Source of the DNA: a virus
Lineage: Duplodnaviria; Caudoviricetes
Direction: 5' to 3' (one strand)
DNA length: 64,000 nt
IMG/VR virus record: IMGVR_UViG_3300015214_000032
Coordinates: 6,280-70,279 of that record
Below, piece by piece: positions 38,876 through 47,111 of the stretch (its first letter is position 1; each line of letters opens with the position of its first letter). The notes under the pieces were generated by a model. The model was given only the letters and a program-made list of their open reading frames with translations. It ran no database searches and had not been told where the DNA came from. A program made the position numbers and the translations under genes.

Positions 38876-39541
38876 ATGACACCGAAAGCAACGATTGTCG
38901 CTGCCACTGTTGGTTTCCTCGGTGGAACCGTAGAGGGCATGGATGCGGAGGGCTTCGTCGCGTATGCGGCACGCGTCAGCAATCCGTCCAATCAGATGAA
39001 CGCGGAGACGTACGATCGTCTTCTCGCATATCTCCAGCGCGCCAAGCACTGGTCGCCCTTCGAGATGTCGAACGTGGTGATGGAAATTGTCACCACGCGG
39101 GACATCGCGCATCAGATCTTGCGACACCACTCGTTCCGCTTCCAAGAGTTCAGCCAGCGATATGCGGAAGCTACGGGGTTCCACATGTTCGAGGCACGTC
39201 GTCAGGACACGAAGAATCGTCAGAATTCCATTGACGACCTCGACGACGAGACCAAGGAATGGTGGTGGCGTCAACAAGAGCAGATCCTTGCGCAAGCGAC
39301 ATACACCTACAAGCGTGCTCTTGAGCGGGGCATCGCCAAGGAGTGCGCGCGCAAGGTGCTGCCCGAGGGGCTCACGGGGACAACGCTCTACATGAACGGC
39401 TACCTGCGGTCTTGGATTCACTACCTCGCGCAGCGACTCGATCCTTCGACGCAGAAGGAGCACCGTGACGTGGCGCTTGCCTGCAACAGGGCGCTGAGTG
39501 AACGTTACCCGAACATCTTTAAGATGGAGGATGCGCAGTGA
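38876..39541 (+). CDS. thyX: Flavin-dependent thymidylate synthase
   Basis: AARVS, HWSPFE, LRHHSF-x-FQEFSQRY, E-x-AR-x-VLP, Q-x-EHR motifs. Confidence 0.93.
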   Translation: MTPKATIVAATVGFLGGTVEGMDAEGFVAYAARVSNPSNQMNAETYDRLLAYLQRAKHWSPFEMSNVVMEIVTTRDIAHQILRHHSFRFQEFSQRYAEATGFHMFEARRQDTKNRQNSIDDLDDETKEWWWRQQEQILAQATYTYKRALERGIAKECARKVLPEGLTGTTLYMNGYLRSWIHYLAQRLDPSTQKEHRDVALACNRALSERYPNIFKMEDAQ

Positions 39542-40281
39542 GCATCGAGATCGCACGGGTCCTTGACCTTGAGACGACGGACTTCCCGCCCGAGGGCCGA
39601 ATCCTGGAAGCTGGATTCACCGATGTTCTGATCGAGGATGTAGCGGCGGAGGGTACGCAACCCTTATGGCAGGTCAAGGACCCGTGCTATCAGATGAAGC
39701 GGAGCTTCTTCGATCCTGAGCGCCAGAGCACGCTTCAAGCGCTTGCCATCCATCACATTATAGACAGCGATGTGATTGGGTCGCCACATTATACTACCGC
39801 CCCCGATTGGTTAAAACAGGCAGACGAGCAGCACGGGGCGCCCCGCCTCTTCATCGCTCACAACACGGACTTCGAGCGCCAGTTTATTCCCCTGGACGAA
39901 GGGCAGTTCTGGATCTGCACGTATCGCGTGGCGCTGCGACTGCTCCCGGACTTCGAGAAGCACAGCAACCAGTTCCTTCGCTATGCTCTGAACGTTCCCC
40001 TGGACAGGGATAAAGCTGAGCCCCCGCATCGTGCTCTCCCTGACTCCTACGTCACGTCCTTCCTCTTCATGCACTTCTTAACTATGGCAAGCATTCGGGA
40101 CATGATCAAGTGGACGGCCGACCTGCCCTACTTGACAAAGATCGACTTTGGCGAGCATTATGGGAAGCGGTATGACGAGGCGCCGCGCAGTTACCTGCAA
40201 TGGATGGTCGGCAAGGGTTTCGAGCCAGCCAAGGATGCAGCGGCTCGTCGTGTCCTGGGCCTCCCGCCCAAGGTGTATTAG
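39538..40281 (+). CDS. DEDDh 3'-5' exonuclease (ExoX-like)
   Basis: LDLETT, AHN-x-x-FE, WICT, HRAL-x-D; C-terminal FG-x-H-x-G...P-x-x-YL-x-W. Confidence 0.9.
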   Translation: MSIEIARVLDLETTDFPPEGRILEAGFTDVLIEDVAAEGTQPLWQVKDPCYQMKRSFFDPERQSTLQALAIHHIIDSDVIGSPHYTTAPDWLKQADEQHGAPRLFIAHNTDFERQFIPLDEGQFWICTYRVALRLLPDFEKHSNQFLRYALNVPLDRDKAEPPHRALPDSYVTSFLFMHFLTMASIRDMIKWTADLPYLTKIDFGEHYGKRYDEAPRSYLQWMVGKGFEPAKDAAARRVLGLPPKVY

Positions 40282-40294
40282 ACAGGAGAAACAC

Positions 40295-40735
40295 ATGACT
40301 TGGATTAAGCGACTCATTCGATCCGTGGATCACTACGACAACCAGGAAGGGTTCGACGCGCCCGTTCTGATGCCAGCTGACCAGGAAAGTCAGCAGATCA
40401 AGGGTATGTCCGTGAAGCGCATTCTGCAGACCCAGCGCGTGGGGCTTGAAGCTGCACAGGGGCGCCTTGTGCAGCTCAACGAGCACATGTCGATCTACAC
40501 GGCGGATATGGAATCCCGCATCGCAGCGCTTCAGGCGGAACTCCGTGCGGAGACCATCCGACTGAAGGAGGAACAGCGTCAGACGACTGTAGTCATCGAC
40601 ACGTTCCAGGACAGCATCCGCGCCCTGGAAGCTGATCCGAGCATCAACGAACGCGTCCATGAAGCTGAGGACACGCTGCTCCCGCCGTCTGTTGAGGAGG
40701 AGCTGGAAAAGGAACTTCATTTCTCACCCATCTGA
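40295..40735 (+). CDS. Hypothetical coiled-coil protein
   Basis: AGACAGGAGA RBS. Confidence 0.65.
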   Translation: MTWIKRLIRSVDHYDNQEGFDAPVLMPADQESQQIKGMSVKRILQTQRVGLEAAQGRLVQLNEHMSIYTADMESRIAALQAELRAETIRLKEEQRQTTVVIDTFQDSIRALEADPSINERVHEAEDTLLPPSVEEELEKELHFSPI

Positions 40736-40736
40736 C

Positions 40737-42221
40737 ATGCGAACAACTATCCTCTTTGGCCCACCAGGGACGGGGAAGACGACGGCACTGCTCAACGAGG
40801 TAGACGAAGCGCTACGAGCGGGGGTTGAGCCAAACAAGATCGCCTTCTTCGCTTTCACCAGAAAAGCGGCGCGGGAAGCAATTCACCGCGCCGCTTCGCG
40901 TTTCTCCATGCAGGAGGATGACCTGCCCTGGTTTCGAACGCTGCATAGCGCCGCGTTCAAGATCATTGGACTATCGTCCAGTGACGTCATGCAGCAGGAC
41001 GATTACACGAACATAGGCGTGGCGCTGGGCCGCTTCACGTTCGCTCACAGCTACAGCGAGGAGACGGAGCGCGTTCCGCTAGGGGGCGCGCTGGGCGACA
41101 GGGCGCTGGGCATCTATACGCGGGCGCGCTCGCGCTGCATAAGCGTTGAGCAGGAGTGGCACGAGTACCCCGACAACTTCGAATTCGCGGAGTTGACGCT
41201 TCCCGCCGTGCAGCAGTTCGTGAACACGCTTGAAGCGTACAAGGCCGAACGCCACCTCCTGGACTTCAGCGACTTCCTGGACGAGGCTCATGAGGAACTG
41301 GACCTGGAACTCCTGATTATCGACGAGGCCCAGGACCTTACGCGACAGCAATGGAACTTTGTTCGACGCATAGGCCGACGAGCAAAGCGAGTCATCATTG
41401 CGGGTGATGACGATCAAGCAATCTTCCAGTGGGCTGGAGCCGACCTTGACCAGTTCCTACGCATCCGCGCAAACATGAAGGTGCTACCTATCAGCTATCG
41501 CTTGCCAAAGAACGTCTGGTTGGAAGCACGTCGCATCGTGAATAAGATTCGCGGGGGCTTCCACAAGGAATGGACACACAGGGAAGGGGACGCGGGGCGC
41601 ATGATCAGCATTCCGTATCTTGACAGTGTCGATATGCTTGACGGCAACACGTGGCTGCTGCTCACGCGCATGAAGCACCAGCTTGACCAGGTTGAGATGT
41701 CATGCCGCGAGAAGGGCGTCGTCTACCAGAAGGATGGCATCTGGAGTAACGACACGCGTGAGATTCGCGCTGTGGTGCTGTACGAGAAGCTTCGACGTGG
41801 TGATGCGATTGCTGCTCAACGTGCAGAAATCATCAGATCCTTCATCCCCGGGATGCAGGAGATCCTGCACAAGGGTCAAATCACATGGGACGAGATCAAA
41901 TGGCCGTTCGACGGCAGGCCCAACTGGATGCAGACCATTGAACCGAACATGGGACAATGGCATGTCCAGTACATCAAGGAGCTACGGCGCACGGGGCAGA
42001 GCTTGACACAACCGGGCAACATCGTTCTCTCGACCATCCATGGGCAGAAGGGCGGGGAAGCCGATAACGTCGTGCTGTACCCTGGGATCTCGCGACGCAT
42101 CCAGGACAGCATGCGGGTCGACGAAGACGCAGAGCACCGCGTATGGTACGTTGGTGTATCCCGTGCGATCCACAACCTGTATCTGGTTGAGCCCAACGGT
42201 CGACGGAACTATGAGTTTTGA
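40737..42221 (+). CDS. UvrD-like SF1 helicase (II)
   Basis: GPPGTGKT, IIDEAQD, AGDDDQAIFQWAGA, STIHGQKGGEAD, YVG-x-SRA. Confidence 0.92.
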   Translation: MRTTILFGPPGTGKTTALLNEVDEALRAGVEPNKIAFFAFTRKAAREAIHRAASRFSMQEDDLPWFRTLHSAAFKIIGLSSSDVMQQDDYTNIGVALGRFTFAHSYSEETERVPLGGALGDRALGIYTRARSRCISVEQEWHEYPDNFEFAELTLPAVQQFVNTLEAYKAERHLLDFSDFLDEAHEELDLELLIIDEAQDLTRQQWNFVRRIGRRAKRVIIAGDDDQAIFQWAGADLDQFLRIRANMKVLPISYRLPKNVWLEARRIVNKIRGGFHKEWTHREGDAGRMISIPYLDSVDMLDGNTWLLLTRMKHQLDQVEMSCREKGVVYQKDGIWSNDTREIRAVVLYEKLRRGDAIAAQRAEIIRSFIPGMQEILHKGQITWDEIKWPFDGRPNWMQTIEPNMGQWHVQYIKELRRTGQSLTQPGNIVLSTIHGQKGGEADNVVLYPGISRRIQDSMRVDEDAEHRVWYVGVSRAIHNLYLVEPNGRRNYEF

Positions 42222-42258
42222 CGTTTGCGATTTGTTAATCATAGTGTAATCATCCGAC

Positions 42259-42295
42259 TTGTATCTTGATGAAGTCTATCATAGACATTTGTGCA
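42259..42295 (+). promoter_or_regulatory. Putative promoter
   Basis: TTGTAT-N17-TAGACA-N3-GTGCATAGG; shares TATC-R-TAGA-Y-AT and GTGCATAGG with the 17800 promoter. Confidence 0.6.
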
Positions 42296-42337
42296 TAGGG
42301 CGCTGCTGCCCCGCACAGATTCTGAAGGAGATACACA

Positions 42338-42781
42338 ATGTCGCATGTCAACCTCGAGAAGCTCAACAAGTTCCGCGCCGCCGAGGGCAAGGCCCCAATC
42401 ACCGCTTGGAAGAAGTCGCGCCACGAGCCGATGCTGGCGGAGTACGAGTCCCGCGCTAAGGCGTTCGCCCTCATCATGGACCCGGAATTCATGCGCCCCG
42501 CCAACGAGGAGCTGGGCCGCGAGATCCGCAACACCCGCGAGCTGTGGAGGGCTTCGGGCGCCAACATGACCAAGAAGGACTTCGCCCTGGGCCTGATGAC
42601 CGAGCTGGGCGGTGCGTCGATCCACGACCTCGTCACCAAGATGGGCATCACGGACACTGCCGCTCGCAGCCTGGTGGGCGACATCCGCCGCATGTCGGGC
42701 GTCGATGTCCAGCTGGTCGATGGCTACTACGTCGCCACCCTGATCGAAGATGAGGAGGAGAACGAAGACGGGGAGGAGTAA
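42338..42781 (+). CDS. Hypothetical protein with C-terminal winged-HTH-like region
   Basis: GAAGGAG RBS; GASIHDLVTKMG...ARSLV...Y pattern. Confidence 0.65.
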   Translation: MSHVNLEKLNKFRAAEGKAPITAWKKSRHEPMLAEYESRAKAFALIMDPEFMRPANEELGREIRNTRELWRASGANMTKKDFALGLMTELGGASIHDLVTKMGITDTAARSLVGDIRRMSGVDVQLVDGYYVATLIEDEEENEDGEE

Positions 42782-42802
42782 TCCTCACTACCATTCGAGT
42801 TC

Positions 42803-42821
42803 AGGGCCTACGGGCCCTTTA
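42803..42821 (+). terminator. Intrinsic terminator
   Basis: AGGGCC-TACG-GGCCCT-TTA (C-UACG-G tetraloop). Confidence 0.6.
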
Positions 42822-42916
42822 CTCGTCAGCCGGGCAACGCATGCCAGAAACTCAGCCCCTGGGCCCAGTCAAGGTCTGCCCTGCTCGGCGACCGATTCAG
42901 TCAGGAGACAGGGTGA

Positions 42917-43306
42917 ATGCCCAAGCACTTTTTCTATGGCCTTCGCGCCGCCCACGGCGTGGACCACCTCCAGGGCATGCGTGCCTGGTCGAGGCTCTTC
43001 GCATGGGATAATCGTGACCTCAACACGGGGCGCACCCGTGCGCGCCTCGATGCCCAACGCTTCGGCATCGCCCTGGAGGACATCCAGTCGATCGAGTACA
43101 CGGGCAACTCGTCCGTCACGACGCACAAGGCGTTCGCGAAGAGCCTGGCGACCTTCACTCTGCCTTCCGCCGTCGTGGACCACTTCACACCCAGCGACGT
43201 GCTGACGGTTATCTTTCACCCCGAATGGGTGGAGGGCACCGAGTACGAGTTCTTCCACAACGGCGTCAAGATCGACGAGGATCGTGCAAGGGAACTCATC
43301 GGATGA
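42917..43306 (+). CDS. Hypothetical protein
   Basis: AGACAGGGTG RBS variant. Confidence 0.65.
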   Translation: MPKHFFYGLRAAHGVDHLQGMRAWSRLFAWDNRDLNTGRTRARLDAQRFGIALEDIQSIEYTGNSSVTTHKAFAKSLATFTLPSAVVDHFTPSDVLTVIFHPEWVEGTEYEFFHNGVKIDEDRARELIG

Positions 43307-43497
43307 AAAGCGGGCTCACCAAGACTCAGCTCATCAAGCGATACAACGCGCTGGTGCAGGATGACTCCTTGAAGCTGTCTCTGGTGAGCCCGATCAAGAA
43401 GGAGCATGTTCAGATGCTGATCATGCAGGCGGAGCAGTGGCAGAAAGGAGCGCCTGACACAACAAAGACCATTGACTCTAGTTCAATCAAATCCTAA
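43303..43497 (+). CDS. Hypothetical protein
   Basis: ATGA coupling. Confidence 0.5.
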   Translation: MKSGLTKTQLIKRYNALVQDDSLKLSLVSPIKKEHVQMLIMQAEQWQKGAPDTTKTIDSSSIKS

Positions 43498-43500
43498 CGT
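43472..43500 (+). promoter_or_regulatory. Sigma70-type promoter
   Basis: TTGACT-N17-TAACGT, followed by AGACAGGAGA at 43509. Confidence 0.65.
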
Positions 43501-43523
43501 GTTTTCGCAGACAGGAGACCAGG

Positions 43524-44174
43524 GTGGCCCGTATCAGCTTCAAGCCCTTCAATCAGGAAGGGGAACTCGTTCAGCGGGGCGTAACGTCCATGCGCGCGCC
43601 CGCGACGAGGGAACAGGTGATCGAGAAAGTCAAGTACACGGTCAGCCGACCGGGCATTGGGCTTATCGTTCACGTTGAAGTGATCAACCCGGATGGTTCT
43701 CTTGCCAGCTCATGGGACGCCCGTTATGGCTGCATTGTGCAGTGTGACGGAGCTGGTTCTGAAGACTTCGCGACGGCTCGAGTCCCGGCCGAAACGAACA
43801 TCCCGAAACCCAAGGAGACCGAAATGACGGACAAGAACGCGGCTGCGGCCGATAAGACCAAGGAAGCGAAGACCAAGACCGAGAAGGCCCCCGAGACCCC
43901 GCGTGCCACGCGCAACGGCGTCACCGAACCCAAGCACGGCGGCCGCATGCAGCAGGCCTGGGCCCTGCTCGACACCCTGGACCTTTCGCAGAACCTCACC
44001 TGGGACGACGTCGCCGAGCGCGCCGCCAAGGTCGGCCTCACGGTCGGCGGCGTGCGTGCCGAATACCCGAACTGGCGCAAGTTCCACGGCAAGACCGGCA
44101 CCATCAGCGCCAAGCGCAAGGAAGCCAAGCCGGCCAAGGCCGACGACAAGAAGAAGGAGACCAAGGCGGCCTGA
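43524..44174 (+). CDS. Hypothetical protein with Lys/Ala-rich C-terminal part; probable second in-frame start at 43824
   Basis: GTG after AGACAGGAGA; internal AAGGAG-N6-ATG. Confidence 0.65.
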   Translation: MARISFKPFNQEGELVQRGVTSMRAPATREQVIEKVKYTVSRPGIGLIVHVEVINPDGSLASSWDARYGCIVQCDGAGSEDFATARVPAETNIPKPKETEMTDKNAAAADKTKEAKTKTEKAPETPRATRNGVTEPKHGGRMQQAWALLDTLDLSQNLTWDDVAERAAKVGLTVGGVRAEYPNWRKFHGKTGTISAKRKEAKPAKADDKKKETKAA

Positions 44175-44216
44175 GTCGGCGCCGACTGACTGACGCTCCT
44201 GGCTGGAGCAAGACTG

Positions 44217-44250
44217 AGGGAGTACCTGAGTTCGACAGGTACTCCCTTTT
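44217..44250 (+). terminator. Intrinsic terminator
   Basis: AGGGAGTACCTG-N7-CAGGTACTCCCT-TTT. Confidence 0.85.
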
Positions 44251-44277
44251 CGATTTCACTCAAAGGGATTCAGATCC

Positions 44278-45717
44278 ATGTGCGGCATCTTTGGTATTCT
44301 GACTGCGGGCATTGGCTCAAGAACAACACGGCTGGTCCACGAAGCGCTTGTCGCCAATTCGGCGCGCGGTCGTGACGCACACGGCTTCACCCTGGACAAT
44401 GCGATCATGCGCACCGCGGGTCCGTACACGGGACAGGTCAAAGCTGCTGTGCTCAAGGGTTCGTACAGCGTGTCGATCGGCAACCTGCGCGCTGAACCAA
44501 CCACGGAGTACGTGGAAGGGGGCATGAGCATAGCGGATGTGCAGCCCTACGCCGTGGGCAAGTACATCGTCGTCCACAACGGCACGATCGCCAACGATAA
44601 GGAACTGATCAAGTCCTACAACCTGGATCGTTTCAAACCGGAAACGAAAATCGATTCTTGGGTGCTCCCCGCGCTCATGCAGCACTTCGGATTCCTTCCC
44701 TTCCGTGAGTTGGTGGGAAGCTATGCGATTATCGTGCAGGAGGCGGGCAAGAAGCAGCTCACGTTCTTCACCAATTATCGTCCCCTGTACAAGCACGTCG
44801 TCGACAACCTGACTATCGTTCTGACGAGCGAGCCCCTGAGCCCGCAGGACATGCTTCTGCCCCCGTACTCATGGGGCACCTATGAAGTGATCGATGACCA
44901 GATTGTCGAGTCGATCAACGAAGGAGCTGTCTACCCAGGGTTGCTTGGCAAGCGCAAGGAGAAGGCGCTCGTCGTGTTCAGCGGCGGCTTGGACAGCACC
45001 GTCGCAGCGAGTGACCTTGTGCACAGGGGCTTCGACGTCACGCTGCTGCACTTCGATTATGGTTGCCGTGCTACGGGACCCGAGCGGGCCGCTGTGGAGG
45101 CGATCGCTGCGCACCTGGACGTGCCCCTGCGAATCGTCAGTACCGACGTCTTTACCGCGGTAATCGGGGGCAGCCCGTTGACCAATACGTCGGACTCGAT
45201 CGCGGAGGGGGAGGCAGGGGCCGAGTACGCGCACGAGTGGGTGCCCGCTCGCAATCTGATCCTGACGAGCATTGCGCTGGGCATTGCGGAAGCGGACGGT
45301 TTCGACGTGCTCGCGCTGGGCGCCAACATGGAGGAGGCAGGCGCGTACCCGGACAATGAGCCAGAGTTCCTGCGCATGTTCCAGAGGATGATCCCGTTCG
45401 CGGTTTCCGACGGGAAACGCATCAGGATCGAGACACCCGTGGGCAATCTGATGAAGAAAGAGATCGTCAAGCGTGGGCTTGAGATCGACGCGCCCATGCA
45501 CCTGTCCTGGAGCTGCTACAACGCGGAGTATGAAACAGTCATCCCCGACGAGCATCGATCGTTCACGACAGGGGTGGATGGGCAGCCCGTAGAGACCACG
45601 GGGATGGAAATCCTGTCTGCGGGCAAACGACGGTACAAGCACTGCGGGCATTGCGGGCCCTGCTACATGCGGAAAAAGGCGTTTGAGATCAACGGCGAGA
45701 AAGATCCCGTCTTTTAA
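44278..45717 (+). CDS. queC: Gat-QueC fusion (class II glutamine amidotransferase plus 7-cyano-7-deazaguanine synthase)
   Basis: N-terminal MCGIFG (Ntn Cys), RG-x-D, HNG-x-I-x-N; then SGGLDS PP-loop, VPARN, YPD, SCY...HCG-x-C-x-x-C. Confidence 0.95.
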   Translation: MCGIFGILTAGIGSRTTRLVHEALVANSARGRDAHGFTLDNAIMRTAGPYTGQVKAAVLKGSYSVSIGNLRAEPTTEYVEGGMSIADVQPYAVGKYIVVHNGTIANDKELIKSYNLDRFKPETKIDSWVLPALMQHFGFLPFRELVGSYAIIVQEAGKKQLTFFTNYRPLYKHVVDNLTIVLTSEPLSPQDMLLPPYSWGTYEVIDDQIVESINEGAVYPGLLGKRKEKALVVFSGGLDSTVAASDLVHRGFDVTLLHFDYGCRATGPERAAVEAIAAHLDVPLRIVSTDVFTAVIGGSPLTNTSDSIAEGEAGAEYAHEWVPARNLILTSIALGIAEADGFDVLALGANMEEAGAYPDNEPEFLRMFQRMIPFAVSDGKRIRIETPVGNLMKKEIVKRGLEIDAPMHLSWSCYNAEYETVIPDEHRSFTTGVDGQPVETTGMEILSAGKRRYKHCGHCGPCYMRKKAFEINGEKDPVF

Positions 45718-45726
45718 CGGGTTGTT

Positions 45727-45767
45727 AACTCCTTCGTCGTAGGTTGTTTCCATCAGACGAAGGAGTT
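45727..45767 (+). promoter_or_regulatory. 12-bp stem-loop sequestering the RBS of the next ORF
   Basis: AACTCCTTCGTC-N17-GACGAAGGAGTT; AAGGAG lies in the 3' arm, ATG at 45774. Confidence 0.6.
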
Positions 45768-45773
45768 CCGCAC

Positions 45774-45917
45774 ATGACCACGTACCTCGTTCACATTAAG
45801 CTCGGCGATAAGTCTCGTGACCTGTACGTTGAGGCTCACAACGAGTCGGAAGCGATTCACATCGCGCGTCAGCTGTCCTCCGCGTATGAGCGGCGTTGGG
45901 CCGCCTACGTGGTATAG
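45774..45917 (+). CDS. Hypothetical 47-aa protein
   Basis: AAGGAG RBS; MTTYLVHIKLGDKSRDLYVEAHNESEAIHIARQ... Confidence 0.6.
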   Translation: MTTYLVHIKLGDKSRDLYVEAHNESEAIHIARQLSSAYERRWAAYVV

Positions 45918-45921
45918 TCAG

Positions 45922-46050
45922 ATGCACCCACTTACGTCGGACTATCTGATAGAACTGGCACTCCTCGAAGCCTCCCGCATCCAAAGGGAAGCAATCGAGG
46001 CCAAGGAACTGCCAGACGAACTGCCACCCCATCCTGAAGAGGAAGACTGA
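45922..46050 (+). CDS. Hypothetical 42-aa protein
   Basis: Fills gap; acidic. Confidence 0.4.
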   Translation: MHPLTSDYLIELALLEASRIQREAIEAKELPDELPPHPEEED

Positions 46051-46051
46051 C

Positions 46052-46336
46052 ATGCTCAAGACCCTTGCCGCTCTCACCCTGATCCCCGCCGCGCTGTTCG
46101 TCGGCTGGCACGCAGATGTCGTCATCAACCCCGCGCTCAACGCCGCCCATTCCATCGTCGACAGCGCCTCCGGGTACTTCGCTGCCTACGATCCGGAAGC
46201 TGCGACCATGGAGTGCTTCGAGCGCATGGGCTTCCTCGCGCTCCAGGATGCAACCTGCTCGGAGCACGCTAAGGCCTGGCGCGCGATCAACCCCGATGCG
46301 CCCAAGCTGGTTCTTCAGCGACTCGCCGCCAAGTAA
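46052..46336 (+). CDS. Putative membrane-anchored/exported small protein
   Basis: Hydrophobic N-terminus, GAGGA RBS. Confidence 0.6.
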   Translation: MLKTLAALTLIPAALFVGWHADVVINPALNAAHSIVDSASGYFAAYDPEAATMECFERMGFLALQDATCSEHAKAWRAINPDAPKLVLQRLAAK

Positions 46337-46358
46337 CGCATCCTTATCCGATGGTGTA

Positions 46359-46380
46359 TAGCGCCCCGCAAGGGGCGCTA
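46359..46380. terminator. Stem-loop identical to the 18381 terminator stem
   Basis: TAGCGCCCC-GCAA-GGGGCGCTA. Confidence 0.7.
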
Positions 46381-46507
46381 TTCGTGACTCATATCGCCAA
46401 ACAAAGCACTTGTGGTATTTGTTTGCCACCCTAATATGCAGCCTAAGACAGGACGACAGCTTTCCGCTGACACCCGCGAAGTTTCGCGTCACTCGAAGGA
46501 GCACAAT

Positions 46508-46975
46508 ATGACCTACCGTTCCACGAAGACCTTTACTCATGAGTTGGGTCTGAGTGCAGCTTTTCGTCAGTGGCGCGCGGAATCGCACTGTCGCTATATC
46601 CACGGTTACGCCCTCAGCTTCAAGTTGACGTTCGAGGCGGATGAACTTGACGTGCGCAACTGGGTCGTCGACTTCGGTTCCCTCAAATCGTTCAAGAACA
46701 CGCTCGAATTCACGTTCGACCACAAGCTGTTGATCGCCGAGGACGACCCGGAGGTCGAACGTCTGATGGATCTGGACTATCACGGCCTTGCCCAGGTGCG
46801 CGTCCTGCCCAAGGTGGGATGCGAAGCGTTCGCCGAGTACGTGGCGGGCGCCCTGGACGTCTGGCTGCTGGATAATGGCTACGCGCCCCGCGTGCGCGTC
46901 GTGAGCGTGGAGTGCATGGAGCATGGAGCGAATTCCGCAATCTATGTGGTACCCACCGGAATTCAAGCGCTGTGA
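46508..46975 (+). CDS. queD: 6-carboxy-5,6,7,8-tetrahydropterin synthase
   Basis: SHC-x-x-IHGY, WVVDFG-x-LK, FDHK, E...NSA motifs. Confidence 0.92.
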   Translation: MTYRSTKTFTHELGLSAAFRQWRAESHCRYIHGYALSFKLTFEADELDVRNWVVDFGSLKSFKNTLEFTFDHKLLIAEDDPEVERLMDLDYHGLAQVRVLPKVGCEAFAEYVAGALDVWLLDNGYAPRVRVVSVECMEHGANSAIYVVPTGIQAL

Positions 46976-47111
46976 AGCGTGCGAGGGGAAAGACATCGAA
47001 ATCGGGATCCTTTGTGAAGGATGCGATTGCTGCCAGTCATGCTGCAATTGCTCATCAACTGACTGCGACTGTGCAGCGTGCATCGAAAGAAGAGAGAATG
47101 AAGCGCATTGA
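46923..47111 (+). CDS. Cys-rich (12 Cys) micro-protein
   Basis: CEAC...CEGCDCCQSCCNC...CDCAAC; spans the queD-folE gap. Confidence 0.6.
   Translation: MERIPQSMWYPPEFKRCEACEGKDIEIGILCEGCDCCQSCCNCSSTDCDCAACIERRENEAH

Noticed and set aside
39100-39165. ThyX motif variant RHH instead of RHR as a sign of altered function
   Set aside because: The other catalytic residues (SQRY, HWSPFE, EHR) are intact, and a single substitution is insufficient evidence.
45520-45645. Intein in gat-queC
   Set aside because: The insert is about 35-40 aa and lacks the C/S start and HN-C/S/T splice junction.
46380-46507. preQ1 riboswitch upstream of queD
   Set aside because: Only a small CGCGAA/TTCGCG hairpin is present; the class I stem with its A-rich 3' tail was not found. 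An Rfam scan would settle it.
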